Source: a virus
Taxonomy: Duplodnaviria > Caudoviricetes
Virus record (IMG/VR): IMGVR_UViG_3300022719_000071
Coordinates: 256,001 to 320,000 of that record
Length of the DNA stretch: 64,000 nt
Reading direction: 5' to 3' (one strand)
Both the position numbers and the translations under genes were made by a program. Below, piece by piece: positions 33,582 to 43,890 of this stretch. The stretch's first letter is position 1. Each line of letters opens with the position of its first letter. Below the pieces are notes generated by a model that was not told the origin of the DNA, ran no database searches, and worked only from the letters and a program-made list of their open reading frames with translations.

Positions 33582-34517
33582 ATGGCACTATCTGCACAGC
33601 AAGCTAATGATTTCACCGCCCTAGCGCTTCAGAATGCGCTAGACCGGGATGTTAACGACGAGATTCGAAACGCCGAGCAACAAATTCGTTCGACAATTTC
33701 TATTCGTCAGGCTTTCAAGACCTCCTTCTTCGGTTCCATTATCGGAAACCCTCCTGGTGATCCAAACTTTGTGACGCTATCGATTCGTCAGCAGCAGTTT
33801 TTCGATCACTACGTGAATCAGGGCTACTTCGTGAACATTGACCCTGAGAATGGCAACTGGCTGCTTGATTGGTCTCAAGTTGGTGGCACTCCATCTACCG
33901 TGCATCTGTACAGCATCCGCACCACTGTATCTCCTGGTGCTGTTTCTGTTGCTACAATCAATGCTATCAATGATTTCTTTGGTTCTCTGATCCCAGCAGC
34001 CATTTCGAACACAGTTCTGTCGGACACCACGCCAACATCCGGTGGTGATATTCCAGAGGCAGACTTTGGAGCACCCGACAGCGTATTCTATGAGTATCTG
34101 AGCGTCGTTCAACAACAAGACGATACTGACCATAGCTTGGCACTGAAGGACGCTATCAGAGCCTCTGGATTGGGCTACGTGGATGACACACGTGTGACTG
34201 GTGTGGGTGGTGCAGGAAACACAACCACCAACACCAATACGTTGGACATCAGCAATGGTGCTACCACCGTTACGGTGGCGGTTGGTGGAACTGGTACAGC
34301 TACGGATTTGGTGACTTCTATCAATAACAACCCAACACTACAAGCGATTAGTATCGTGGGCGACATCAATGGCCCAGATGTTCTAATCAAGAATACTTTG
34401 GGTGGAACACTTACAGTAATCAACAACGTGGGAGATGTCCTTGGTGATATATTCGGTCTCAGTTCTCCGCAAACAGGAGTGGTGACAGATAACACCGAAG
34501 TCTACAAGTTCATATGA
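33582..34517 (+). CDS. Probable virion structural protein
   Basis: TAAATA (33552) and AGGAG; G/T/N-rich C-terminal region resembling flagellin-hook/sheath inserts. Confidence 0.55.
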   Translation: MALSAQQANDFTALALQNALDRDVNDEIRNAEQQIRSTISIRQAFKTSFFGSIIGNPPGDPNFVTLSIRQQQFFDHYVNQGYFVNIDPENGNWLLDWSQVGGTPSTVHLYSIRTTVSPGAVSVATINAINDFFGSLIPAAISNTVLSDTTPTSGGDIPEADFGAPDSVFYEYLSVVQQQDDTDHSLALKDAIRASGLGYVDDTRVTGVGGAGNTTTNTNTLDISNGATTVTVAVGGTGTATDLVTSINNNPTLQAISIVGDINGPDVLIKNTLGGTLTVINNVGDVLGDIFGLSSPQTGVVTDNTEVYKFI

Positions 34518-34975
34518 GATGGTGTAAAACCATAAAGCGATCATTAGAGAAATCGTCTACTGTTATCTGGCTAGTGAACCTTAATCACATACTATGGGGT
34601 GTTTTTTTCTTGATTGAAGAAACACCAATTCCTTCCAACTTCGGTGCCACGATAGCATTCACAAATCCAGAATATCAGTCGTTGTTTGGCCTCATGTTTA
34701 TATTAGTAGCTCTTTGCTCAGTTATATCAGACTTCTTTGATGGTATTCGAGGAACCATATTGTTAATACCACAACAACTTGTTGTCACGTATGGTTGTAC
34801 TGTGCTGATGTCTGCCATATCGAATGGAGCCGTTTTCGGTAGTGAGTTCATCTTGTCTGCGTGTGTGATTTTACCTCTTACAGCTATGCACACCGTAGCA
34901 GTAATAACTAGATATGCACGTGAGCATCACGCAAAGATCATAATTAAACTTGATGAAATGACAGAAAGGATATGA
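34514..34975 (+). CDS. Multi-pass membrane protein
   Basis: About 4 hydrophobic helices. Confidence 0.6.
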   Translation: MRWCKTIKRSLEKSSTVIWLVNLNHILWGVFFLIEETPIPSNFGATIAFTNPEYQSLFGLMFILVALCSVISDFFDGIRGTILLIPQQLVVTYGCTVLMSAISNGAVFGSEFILSACVILPLTAMHTVAVITRYAREHHAKIIIKLDEMTERI

Positions 34976-35017
34976 AATCCTTATGCATTAAAGAGCAATT
35001 CAAAACGCATCTACATT

Positions 35018-35169
35018 TAGACCAAACCATGCAGCCGCAGCACCCCAGATAGTGCTAGCAAATGTCACGTGCTGCGTGGTTACTTGTTACCACTGTTCAC
35101 ATATAGACCAAACCATGCAGCCGCAGCACCCCAGATAGTGCTAGCAAATGTCACGTGCTGCGTGGTTAC
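35018..35169. repeat. Perfect 66-bp direct repeat (35018-35083 and 35104-35169)
   Basis: Read directly; duplicates the 3' end of the minus-strand gene. Confidence 0.9.
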
Positions 35170-35385
35170 CTCTGCACCCAAGCCAGTGAACCATTTGAAA
35201 ACTTCCCAGCAGATGAAAGCGTAAGCGATAAGCATAATGCGAGGAGCTATTCGCAGACGGTTCATGCATTCTGCTATCTTAATACAGGTTATAACTGCCT
35301 TGCTGTTGGAAGCATCGATTTCTGCCAGTTCCCTAGCTCGACGCTTAGCGCACACCGGGCAATCATGAGTTTGATTATCGTCCAT
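35080..35385 (-). CDS. Two-TM membrane protein (holin-like)
   Basis: RIAPRIMLIAY...WF...GAAAAWFGLY pattern. Confidence 0.65.
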   Translation of the reverse strand: MDDNQTHDCPVCAKRRARELAEIDASNSKAVITCIKIAECMNRLRIAPRIMLIAYAFICWEVFKWFTGLGAEVTTQHVTFASTIWGAAAAWFGLYVNSGNK

Positions 35386-35419
35386 ATTGGACCTCACTGT
35401 TGTTATTATGCTGGATAGA

Positions 35420-35429
35420 TAAATATTTA
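35420..35429. promoter_or_regulatory. Palindromic bidirectional late promoter TAAATATTTA
   Basis: TAAATA on both strands between divergent genes. Confidence 0.55.
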
Positions 35430-35431
35430 TC

Positions 35432-35650
35432 ATGAACTGGATAGTAGACGAACTCAACAAGTACCAACTGGACGAGAAAGCTAAAGAAAGCGAGACGACC
35501 GGTACGGTGCACAAATTCGAGGTAAAGGTTAGCCTCGATGGAACCCTCATGAAAACCGCAGTGTTCGCAGAAAACCTATCTCGTGCCACCAAGATTGCCG
35601 AAAAGTTGTACGGTAAGAAAAACGTTAAAAGCAGACCTGTCAAGAAATGA
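35432..35650 (+). CDS. Hypothetical protein
   Basis: Late-promoter ORF; LDE motif. Confidence 0.65.
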   Translation: MNWIVDELNKYQLDEKAKESETTGTVHKFEVKVSLDGTLMKTAVFAENLSRATKIAEKLYGKKNVKSRPVKK

Positions 35651-37017
35651 AGATTACAGAACTCACAAAGGGAGTGAAGAAAGGTAGTCAAAAGCGTGCT
35701 AAGCACCCGACTGCAACCGACGATCCCAGCAAGTACATTGGCAAGTGGGAGGAATATGACGAACCCCAAGGTATAAACTCGCCTGTTGGCAGGAGGGTAA
35801 CTAAGAGCAGTCCTAGTGAATCTGTATATTCAGATAAATCCAAGTTCAAAGCCAAATGGACACCTAGCTTTTTACCTGACCCAAAAGATGCTCCGGGTAT
35901 AGCACCATACAGCGCCCCACGTGAAGGAAAAGACGGGATTCTTCACATCATAGATTTTGGTGTGAAACATGATATGAAGAATAAGGCACACAAGAAGGAC
36001 AACCGAAAGAAGTCCATAGAAATCAACGAATCCTGGGATCATTTGCTAACGGAGAAGTTTCACCCAGTAGAGCTTGAAGGATTATACTGGTTCTGGGCTA
36101 ATCCTAACAAGGGTAAAATTATACATGCTAATAATTCCAGCCACACGTTGACCGCCGTTAATCACTTTGGTCTGGATCCAACCGTTTTTGGCTATGAGCC
36201 CGGAGAACAGATTGATCTGGATGATGAGCAAATCTTGTCGTACATGATTAACAACGGATGGGTTCGTGGTGGTTATCTGGAAGATACCAAGCATATTATT
36301 CTTCAGGGTAGTGATGCCGATCATGTGTTTGATGCGTTACAAGCTTTCAAGGATTCTGGTGTAGAAATCCAAAATGCATCCCTCGGTGGTATAAATGATG
36401 GTTTACAACTAGAGCTAAACCAAAATAACATCAAGCAATACCTCGGTGAAATTGATGGTACTGCTTCTATTCAGGGTGGTACTGGTGTATCAAATGATCT
36501 TCGAGCACGAGATCGTGATGTCATTACTCTGGCCGATTTGGAAAACACAGATCCAAACAGTGCAGAGATAGATAATGCCGAGGCTCCCATAAAGCAGACA
36601 ATTCGAAAGGGGCAGAAGCTCAACACGGATACTCCGGGCTTGAAAGAATCTCGTATGGACGAGATGGTTCGCAGTAATCCTATGCAGTTGATGAATGCTG
36701 AATACGAGCTACGCAATGACGAGGATACCGATACCATTGGTATGGCTATGATCACTGATGGCGTCATTGAGACTCTTGCTGTTCGAAACGATTTCAATAA
36801 GGAATACAATGGGTACATCCTTTCCAGATTGATGAGTGCTATTGTGAACGATGCCGATCTATCAAACTCCAACCTGTCCATTCGATTGGAAGACCAGAAC
36901 GACCTACAACAAAAAAGGTTCCTAGAACGATTTGGGTTCCGTCACATTCAGGATGGAATCATGAAAAGGAATGCTGGGGCTATTCGTCCAACTTCTGTTC
37001 CTAGCGCTCGCATTTGA
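35647..37017 (+). CDS. Multi-module probable internal head protein with GNAT-like C-terminus
   Basis: MKITE start; internal INE/LTE/LKE motifs; C-terminal ...FLERFGF. Confidence 0.6.
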   Translation: MKITELTKGVKKGSQKRAKHPTATDDPSKYIGKWEEYDEPQGINSPVGRRVTKSSPSESVYSDKSKFKAKWTPSFLPDPKDAPGIAPYSAPREGKDGILHIIDFGVKHDMKNKAHKKDNRKKSIEINESWDHLLTEKFHPVELEGLYWFWANPNKGKIIHANNSSHTLTAVNHFGLDPTVFGYEPGEQIDLDDEQILSYMINNGWVRGGYLEDTKHIILQGSDADHVFDALQAFKDSGVEIQNASLGGINDGLQLELNQNNIKQYLGEIDGTASIQGGTGVSNDLRARDRDVITLADLENTDPNSAEIDNAEAPIKQTIRKGQKLNTDTPGLKESRMDEMVRSNPMQLMNAEYELRNDEDTDTIGMAMITDGVIETLAVRNDFNKEYNGYILSRLMSAIVNDADLSNSNLSIRLEDQNDLQQKRFLERFGFRHIQDGIMKRNAGAIRPTSVPSARI

Positions 37018-37020
37018 TTC

Positions 37021-37049
37021 TTGACAAAAGACTTCCGGCGTGATATAGT
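37021..37049 (+). promoter_or_regulatory. Host sigma70-type promoter
   Basis: TTGACA-17 nt-TATAGT with extended TG. Confidence 0.75.
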
Positions 37050-37078
37050 GCTTTCCATCACTAACGTGGAGATTAACC

Positions 37079-37375
37079 ATGCACGTCATCGATGTCAACG
37101 AATTCACAGTAACCACGGGTCTGTATCGTGGCGACACTTACGCTTTCGTTACTCACCGACCTTCGGGCAATCAGTGGGTTGCCAAGCAGCCGTTCGACGG
37201 CGAGCCCGCCAATCTGGGCATGTTGGCACTCGGTATCGAGTGCGGGTACATTACGTTCTACCCCAAGCGAATCATCGCCTCCTGCGATGCTCGTTTCTTC
37301 GAGCGTATCGAGAAGAAGGACACGCCGCCCATGGCTCGCAGCGAGTTCGACTCGCTCTGCTTCATAGGAGACTGA
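37079..37375 (+). CDS. Hypothetical protein
   Basis: GGAG SD; GC-rich codons. Confidence 0.65.
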   Translation: MHVIDVNEFTVTTGLYRGDTYAFVTHRPSGNQWVAKQPFDGEPANLGMLALGIECGYITFYPKRIIASCDARFFERIEKKDTPPMARSEFDSLCFIGD

Positions 37376-37378
37376 ATT

Positions 37379-37603
37379 ATGCTCATCACCTTCGTCACCA
37401 TTCTAGCCTGGATCGGTGCTATCGTCGGCACCCTGATTTCCTTTGCTGGCATGTACCTGGAGAACCAATACAACCAGCCGGATAGCTTGGATCGCATGTT
37501 GGATAAAATCGAAGGGGGTCGCACTGAGTACCACTACGGCAAATATATCATCATCGCTATCGTGTCCTGGGCCTGGGTCATCACCACGTTGGTCGTCAAC
37601 TAA
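37379..37603 (+). CDS. Two-TM membrane protein
   Basis: Two hydrophobic helices. Confidence 0.65.
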   Translation: MLITFVTILAWIGAIVGTLISFAGMYLENQYNQPDSLDRMLDKIEGGRTEYHYGKYIIIAIVSWAWVITTLVVN

Positions 37604-37926
37604 TACCGATACCAAGATCATCCCGAACAAGATATCCAAGTTTGATGACATGATTATAAAAATCGTTTCCCTCCACCCGGTGCACGCACCGTCTATAATT
37701 TCTTGACGAATATTCTTCAAGAGGATGCTGGTGATTTGCATGACAAAATTACCAAGGGCGACATTAATAATAATGTCGTTGTCCTTGATCCGAAGGAAAC
37801 CGAGAAACACATGGTTGATAAACTGAAGATGGGATCGGTGGGCATTTACCGCTATCACTTCGAAGTTGACAGAGACATGAACCAGGGATATCTTGTAGGT
37901 ACCAAGTTATGAAAGGTACTGTCGAG

Positions 37927-38397
37927 ATGTCTAAAAGGATTCTTCTCACCAATGGCGGCTACACAACCGTAGACGACGCTGATTACGAATTTCTGTCGCA
38001 GTTTTCTTGGAGAAAGAAGCGCAGCGATGGCAGCAAGAACTTTCACGCCGTGCGTGACGTTGATCTGGGTCGCACCAAGGTCACCGTACGTATGCATCGT
38101 CTCATCGCCGAGGCTGAAACCGACGAGTTAGTTTTCCACGTCAATGGTGATGGCCTGGATAACCGCCGACGAAATCTTCAGAAGCGTCAGATCAAGCCCT
38201 GGACCGGTAGAGCTGACGAGTCCGGTTTCTTTGGCGTCCACCGCTCTTCTGGTGGCTATGAGGCTCGTATTAGCTTCACCGGTCGCAAGTATCCTCTGGG
38301 CGTCTTCGAGAACGCTACGGACGCTGCTCTTCGCTATGACCGTGCTGCTCGTGAACTATACGGTGAGAACGCCAGAACGAATTTCGGAGCATCCTAA
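37927..38397 (+). CDS. HNH-AP2 endonuclease-like protein
   Basis: RMHRLI...[15 protein letters not shown] plus AP2 domain (FFGV...YEARI...[30 protein letters not shown]). Confidence 0.88.
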   Translation: MSKRILLTNGGYTTVDDADYEFLSQFSWRKKRSDGSKNFHAVRDVDLGRTKVTVRMHRLIAEAETDELVFHVNGDGLDNRRRNLQKRQIKPWTGRADESGFFGVHRSSGGYEARISFTGRKYPLGVFENATDAALRYDRAARELYGENARTNFGAS

Positions 38398-39227
38398 TGT
38401 CTAAGGATTACTACAAGATCCTTGGAGTGTCAAAAGACGCCGATGAAGGTGAGATTAAGAAGGTATGGCGTAAGGTTCGAACCAAACTCCACCCAGATAA
38501 AGGTGGAGACGAGGCGAAGTTCAAGGAGGCCAAAGAAGCTTATGACGTTCTGACCGATCCTCAGAAGCGTGCCGCTTACGATCAGTTTGGAACTCCTGAT
38601 TTGAATGCTACCAGACAACGACAATATGATCCTAACATTGAGGATATTCTTCGTGCTGCCGCCAGCGCATTCGGTTTTGGAGCAGGGGGAGGTTTTGGTC
38701 CTGCCAACGTAGATATCATCAACGGCGAGATCAGACAGAAGATCAGTGTGCCAGTCGATGTCATGCTAGGCGGCGGAACATTCAACTTCACATACGTGGT
38801 TCCGGTTGCACATGATTCTGTTTCTCTTCAGTTCCGTCATAGCATGGGAAGCATGACCATTGATCCAGATACTCCTCTTGGTCATACTGCTACCAAAGAA
38901 GAGTTCGGACAAAAGATGGTATTGATTTTGATTCCAGAGTCTACTAACAATTATGCTTCGCAGGGTTTGGATGTAGTGACTCAAGCTGAGGTTGATGTTC
39001 TTAGGGCACTTGCGGGTGAGTCATTTGAAATCACTCACCCAAATGGGACAAAGCTCAAAATAAAGCCTCCTGCATCCCTCAACAAGACCAACATGATTCG
39101 TATACCGAACAAGGGATTACGCTCGACGAGGGGGGCACGGGGAGATTTTCTAGTGGCTCTGAAGCTGACAGTTCCATCAATTACTGATGCTCAAAGGAGG
39201 AAGTTACAGGAGTTATTAAAGACTTGA
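38397..39227 (+). CDS. DnaJ/CbpA-like co-chaperone (no zinc finger)
   Basis: [11 protein letters not shown] motif, [10 protein letters not shown]-terminal IPNKGL...GDF. Confidence 0.92.
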   Translation: MSKDYYKILGVSKDADEGEIKKVWRKVRTKLHPDKGGDEAKFKEAKEAYDVLTDPQKRAAYDQFGTPDLNATRQRQYDPNIEDILRAAASAFGFGAGGGFGPANVDIINGEIRQKISVPVDVMLGGGTFNFTYVVPVAHDSVSLQFRHSMGSMTIDPDTPLGHTATKEEFGQKMVLILIPESTNNYASQGLDVVTQAEVDVLRALAGESFEITHPNGTKLKIKPPASLNKTNMIRIPNKGLRSTRGARGDFLVALKLTVPSITDAQRRKLQELLKT

Positions 39228-39382
39228 AGATAAGTTTGTTCGTGTCTATCTTAGCTGTACAAAGGGGGTTATTTAGGGTGGGTGTGACGAGTAGGATCGC
39301 CGTCTAAATACCCACCACTCAAGGGTCACCCGGACCCGACAAAATATCAAATCAGACACGAATAGAATTAGGAGAAACAGAC

Positions 39383-42300
39383 ATGGCTAACCCCCGTGAT
39401 TACCGTCCATTGCATCCTGGAATGGGGCAAGCAGTAGCAGAAAGAACATATCTAAGAAAGAAGGATGATGGAGAGTGGGAGACCTGGGGTGAAGTAGCCG
39501 ACCGTGTAGCACTCGGAAATTCTCTTCTGTGTAAGGACAAGAGTGAGCAAAAAAAAGAGCAAGAAATCCTCCGTCGTCATCTTGCTAATGGATCTTTGCT
39601 AATGAGTGGCCGTCACCTTCAGCACGGTGACGAGAACCAACCCACCCGTAACATGGAAGTCTTTACCAATTGTCTGGATGGGGATACTAAGATTCTCACG
39701 CTAGAACACGGACCTGTGGCTATCTCTGAGGTTGTTGGCGAAACCGTCACTGTTCGAGCACGAGATGGAGAATGGCGTCCTGCGCTCGTATCTTCCCACG
39801 GCGAACAGCAGTTGCAGGAAATTCGATTCGGTGCGTCTAATGGAACTACTGACCAATTCAATTTGGTAGTGCATGCCACCCCGAACCATCGATGGTTCCT
39901 TGAGTCTGGAGAGGTTACAAACGCTATTAGCGTCGGAGACTTTATCGAACCCATTAAACCCGCTTCGGTGGAAGACATGGATGCGGTGCGTCATGGACTG
40001 GTGTATGGTGATGGCACTGCACATAAGTCTCGGGTGCATTCCGCAAGACTGGAAGCCCAAGGTATTCAGAATTGTTCCATTCGGCTATGTGGGAACTCTT
40101 CCGAGTGGGTTTCGCTGTTTGAAGATGACTACACGATTACTCACCCCCCACATGCGAATGGTGACGCTGTGGTGTATGTCGGACGCAAACTATGGAAAGA
40201 CCTTCCGCATACCACTGACCCTGCATACATCGCCGGATTTATTAAAGGGTGGTGGATGGCGGATGGCAGTAAGACGTATAACAGAAGCAACGGAATCGAG
40301 ATTGCTACCACCAACATCGATGCAGTATCGTGGCTAAAGGATTATGCAGCGTATGCCGGATATGTCATAACCGAAATTTCTGAAAAGTTCCGCAAAGAGG
40401 GGGATGGCTCGTTCAACAATGGTCTAGGAAAGACCTTGTATTGTGTTCGGCTGAACAATGCCGAGATTCGACGCAAGGTTCTCTCCATTGTACCCACGGT
40501 CGTGAAGGAGGTCTTCTGTGTCGAAGAGCCGGTAACAACTGGATTCACATTAGCGAATGGTTTAGTGACTGGAAACTGCTCAACTTCCGCATCCAGCTTC
40601 GTGCTATTCTACCTTCTATTAAATGGTAGCGGTGTTGGTCGTTGTTACGATGATGATATGATGCTAGTGAATTGGGACTATGCTCCTAATGTTCGCTGCG
40701 TAATCGATCACGAGCACAAAGACTTCGATTGGTCTGCACACGAATCTCTACGTGATGCCAAACACAAATATGGAACCGGCAAGGATGTGATGTGGTTCGA
40801 GGTACCCGATTCTCGTGAGGGCTGGGCCAAAGCTCTTGAGATTTGGGAGAATGCTGCTTTTCAGAAAGTTCACGCAAACAAGCTCCTCATCCTGGACTTC
40901 ACCAAGGTGCGCTCGAAGGGATCTCCAATCGGTGGTATGCAAGATCGTCCCTCTTCCGGTCCTGTTCCGTTAATGAATGCGTTCCATAAGGCCGCAACTC
41001 TGAAAGGTGCTGGTCTTGAACGCTGGCGTCAATCACTATACATCGATCATTATTTCGCAGAATGCGTGTTAGTGGGTGGTGCCAGACGCAGTGCAAGAAT
41101 GAGCACAAAATCATGGCGTGATACTTCAGTTCTTGATTTCATTACTGTAAAACGTCCAATCGAATATGATGGATTGAACATGGATGAGATTGTGGAACTA
41201 CGTGCTGATAATCCATTTCCACCGACTGGTTTCTTATGGTCATCCAATAATAGCGTAACTGCTGATGAAGAATTTTGGAAACTTGTTAATCTAAAGAGAA
41301 ACGAAAAGGGTTTTCACGATGAATTGGCACAACATGCCCGTCGTGTTATGCGCAAGCTTTCTGAATCTTCATATGCTGATGGCACAGGAGAACCAGGAAT
41401 TATCAATGTTGATAAACTCGTTCAGAAGGAAGACGGTTGGAATACGTTGACCACTGGTGATTACGTCGGATCGGAGAAGTATCAGCTTGAGGAGGAAACC
41501 GAGTTATACATGAGCCGATTGGCACGTAAGGCCAAGCGCAAGAAGCATCACATAATTACTAATCCTTGTGGTGAGATTGCGCTTACTATACTCGGTGGAT
41601 ATTGCACAATTGCTGATGTGGTTCCATTCCATGCAGACACCTTGGATGAAGCCGAGGAAGCCTTCAGAGCCGCTACACGGGCTCTCATCAGGGTAAACAC
41701 CATGGACTGCCTGTACAAGAAGGAAGTCGAGCGTACGAATCGCATAGGCGTCGGTATGACCGGTGTTATGGAATTCGCCTGGAAGTTCTTCAAGCTTGGG
41801 TTCCGTGATTTGATTGATGAGGAGAAGTCCAAGGACTTCTGGTTGACCCTGGCTCGTTTCAATCGTGCAGTCTATGAGGAGGCAGTAGCCTACTCCGAGA
41901 AGATTGGTGTATCGGTGCCTCACACTATGACTACCATTAAACCATCCGGAACGATTTCCAAGCTCTTTGGTTTGTGCGAAGGTTGGCACTTGCCTTCGAT
42001 GAAGTGGTATGTGCGCTGGGTTCAGTTCCGTGATGATGATCCATTGATTGCCAAGTACCGTGCTGCCAAGTATCCAGTGCGTGAGCTAAAGCAATACCGA
42101 GGTCATGTCATCGTCGGTTTCCCAACTCAGCCAGTTGTGTCTACTATCATACCAGAAGATAAGCTGGTCACTGCTGGTGAGGCTACTCCAGAAGAGCAGT
42201 ATAAGTGGCTCATGCTTGGAGAGAAGTATTGGATTCATGGCACCGATGAGGAAGGCAATCCGGTAACTGACCGTAACATCGGAAACCAGATTTCCTATAC

Positions 42301-42583
42301 GCTCAAGTACAACACGGATAACGTTGACTACAAGCTCTTCAGGGAAATGCTGGTGAAGTATCAGAGCCAAATTCGTTGCTGTTCTGTAATGCCTCAATCT
42401 GATACATCTGCTTATGAGTATCAACCAGAACAGCCAGTGAACAAGGCTGAGTATGAAAAGATTGCTCATGCTATTCAGATGGAACTGGAGGAGGATATTG
42501 GTAAGGAGCACGTTGATTGCGATTCTGGTTCTTGTCCAATTGATTTCAATACCGGAAGCAAGGACAACTCCAAGGCCGCATAA
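39383..42583 (+). CDS. nrdJ: Class II (B12-dependent) ribonucleotide reductase with intein
   Basis: TNPCGEI, TIKPSGTIS, C-terminal CDSGSCP; intein at the first active-site Cys. Confidence 0.9.
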   Translation: MANPRDYRPLHPGMGQAVAERTYLRKKDDGEWETWGEVADRVALGNSLLCKDKSEQKKEQEILRRHLANGSLLMSGRHLQHGDENQPTRNMEVFTNCLDGDTKILTLEHGPVAISEVVGETVTVRARDGEWRPALVSSHGEQQLQEIRFGASNGTTDQFNLVVHATPNHRWFLESGEVTNAISVGDFIEPIKPASVEDMDAVRHGLVYGDGTAHKSRVHSARLEAQGIQNCSIRLCGNSSEWVSLFEDDYTITHPPHANGDAVVYVGRKLWKDLPHTTDPAYIAGFIKGWWMADGSKTYNRSNGIEIATTNIDAVSWLKDYAAYAGYVITEISEKFRKEGDGSFNNGLGKTLYCVRLNNAEIRRKVLSIVPTVVKEVFCVEEPVTTGFTLANGLVTGNCSTSASSFVLFYLLLNGSGVGRCYDDDMMLVNWDYAPNVRCVIDHEHKDFDWSAHESLRDAKHKYGTGKDVMWFEVPDSREGWAKALEIWENAAFQKVHANKLLILDFTKVRSKGSPIGGMQDRPSSGPVPLMNAFHKAATLKGAGLERWRQSLYIDHYFAECVLVGGARRSARMSTKSWRDTSVLDFITVKRPIEYDGLNMDEIVELRADNPFPPTGFLWSSNNSVTADEEFWKLVNLKRNEKGFHDELAQHARRVMRKLSESSYADGTGEPGIINVDKLVQKEDGWNTLTTGDYVGSEKYQLEEETELYMSRLARKAKRKKHHIITNPCGEIALTILGGYCTIADVVPFHADTLDEAEEAFRAATRALIRVNTMDCLYKKEVERTNRIGVGMTGVMEFAWKFFKLGFRDLIDEEKSKDFWLTLARFNRAVYEEAVAYSEKIGVSVPHTMTTIKPSGTISKLFGLCEGWHLPSMKWYVRWVQFRDDDPLIAKYRAAKYPVRELKQYRGHVIVGFPTQPVVSTIIPEDKLVTAGEATPEEQYKWLMLGEKYWIHGTDEEGNPVTDRNIGNQISYTLKYNTDNVDYKLFREMLVKYQSQIRCCSVMPQSDTSAYEYQPEQPVNKAEYEKIAHAIQMELEEDIGKEHVDCDSGSCPIDFNTGSKDNSKAA
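39671..40576 (+). mobile_element. Intein (302 aa) with LAGLIDADG homing endonuclease
   Basis: N|CLDGDT start, block B H (HATPNHRW), GLVYGDG and GWWMADGS blocks, end VTGN|C. Confidence 0.92.
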
Positions 42584-42592
42584 GCTATTGCG

Positions 42593-42622
42593 GGGGCGGG
42601 TTTACAGTTGTAAACCCGCCCC
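42593..42622. terminator. Intrinsic terminator after nrdJ
   Basis: 13-bp perfect stem GGGGCGGGTTTAC/GTAAACCCGCCCC. Confidence 0.75.
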
Positions 42623-42662
42623 TTCTGCGGTAAATACTTCTTGTAACGAGAGGTATGACCAT

Positions 42663-43046
42663 ATGGCTGCACCACCAAACATCTATTCCGTTGTTGTTTT
42701 TGACCTAAAGCCAAAGGTCAAGGATTACATTGACAAACTCAATGATGCGGGTCAGATTGACTTAGACGAGAATGGTTATCCATATCTCGTGAAAGTCGAA
42801 CAGCAAGGACCAAATCATGTGTGTCACATCGTACGCAATGGCAAGATGGAAAACTTCATCTTGAACACCCGACGTAAGTCCGATCCTATTACATCGTGGA
42901 ATGGTGCTGACGGATACAAGCGCACTGGTGGTAAGAAAGTTGTGGTTGTTTCGACCAACTCCGAAGAAAAGCCCCGTGGTGAGAGAGCGAAGAGGCGTTC
43001 CTTCGAGTCTTTTCGTCGTTTGACCAATCAGCTTCTACAAGGATAA
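42663..43046 (+). CDS. Hypothetical protein
   Basis: TAAATA (42631) and GAGG SD. Confidence 0.6.
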   Translation: MAAPPNIYSVVVFDLKPKVKDYIDKLNDAGQIDLDENGYPYLVKVEQQGPNHVCHIVRNGKMENFILNTRRKSDPITSWNGADGYKRTGGKKVVVVSTNSEEKPRGERAKRRSFESFRRLTNQLLQG

Positions 43047-43050
43047 CACC

Positions 43051-43374
43051 ATGCACCCCTCCCTGGCTAATCAAGATGAACCACGCATTTTCTTCCAGGT
43101 GATGGTTCAATACGAGAATTGCGAAGCAACCTCAGCGATTCCAGAAGAATCAAGACAGTTAGTATCGGAGGCCATCAGGGATTTGCCTAGAGCCAGTAAG
43201 GTGGCGCAACACACAATTCAGGCTATACAAATGAAGTTCCCCGGTTCAGAGCTAGTAGAGATATCACTTGACCAAGCAAAAGATGGGTATCATCTTGCTA
43301 TTATAGACAATGAAAACTGTTTGGCACGAGTTGGCATCGTAGCTGTAGATTACAGCGAGGAGACTTTACACTAA
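43051..43374 (+). CDS. Hypothetical protein
   Basis: ORF in operon. Confidence 0.55.
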   Translation: MHPSLANQDEPRIFFQVMVQYENCEATSAIPEESRQLVSEAIRDLPRASKVAQHTIQAIQMKFPGSELVEISLDQAKDGYHLAIIDNENCLARVGIVAVDYSEETLH

Positions 43375-43889
43375 TGGCTAAGCGTCGTAAGAAGGTATCA
43401 GAGGAGACATATAATGTCACCAAGCATCGTTCTAATGTAGGTGATATGGATACCGATTCTGAAACTGTTGATGCTGCCAATAGCGCCGAGGCTGCTGAGA
43501 AATCGATTGCGGATGATCCACGTGCTGGCCGTTACCAGAAGGTAGAGATAGAAAAGTCCAAGGGAGGAACGAGTCGAGTTAGAACTGAACCCAGAACGAC
43601 ATCTGCGATTCAGTCCAAAACCGAACCTATGAATACTAGCCTGGAAAGTATTAGCTACCCGTATAACATTGGTCTTCCGAAAGAATTCGAGCCATTGATT
43701 GAAGCTTTAACCAAAAAGACAAAGAAATCTCTTGATATTCGGGAGCGATATTCAAGACTACATATAACAGTGCCAAATGCCTTAGCAATGAAGGAATTGG
43801 TGGAAGAACTAGGCAAGAAGTCTCGTGGCCGCACCAAGGTGAAGTCTATTGCTGGTGTGATATACGAAGGCATAACTAAATCAATTTGA
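43374..43889 (+). CDS. Hypothetical protein
   Basis: TAATG-coupled ORF. Confidence 0.65.
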   Translation: MAKRRKKVSEETYNVTKHRSNVGDMDTDSETVDAANSAEAAEKSIADDPRAGRYQKVEIEKSKGGTSRVRTEPRTTSAIQSKTEPMNTSLESISYPYNIGLPKEFEPLIEALTKKTKKSLDIRERYSRLHITVPNALAMKELVEELGKKSRGRTKVKSIAGVIYEGITKSI

Positions 43890-43890
43890 T

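Noticed and set aside
35018-35169. Diversity-generating retroelement TR/VR pair
   Set aside because: The copies are identical with no adenine-specific differences, and there is no reverse transcriptase in the window.
39230-39382. Cobalamin riboswitch upstream of nrdJ
   Set aside because: The B12-box and GGGAA...GCCCCCGCAACTGT core are absent.
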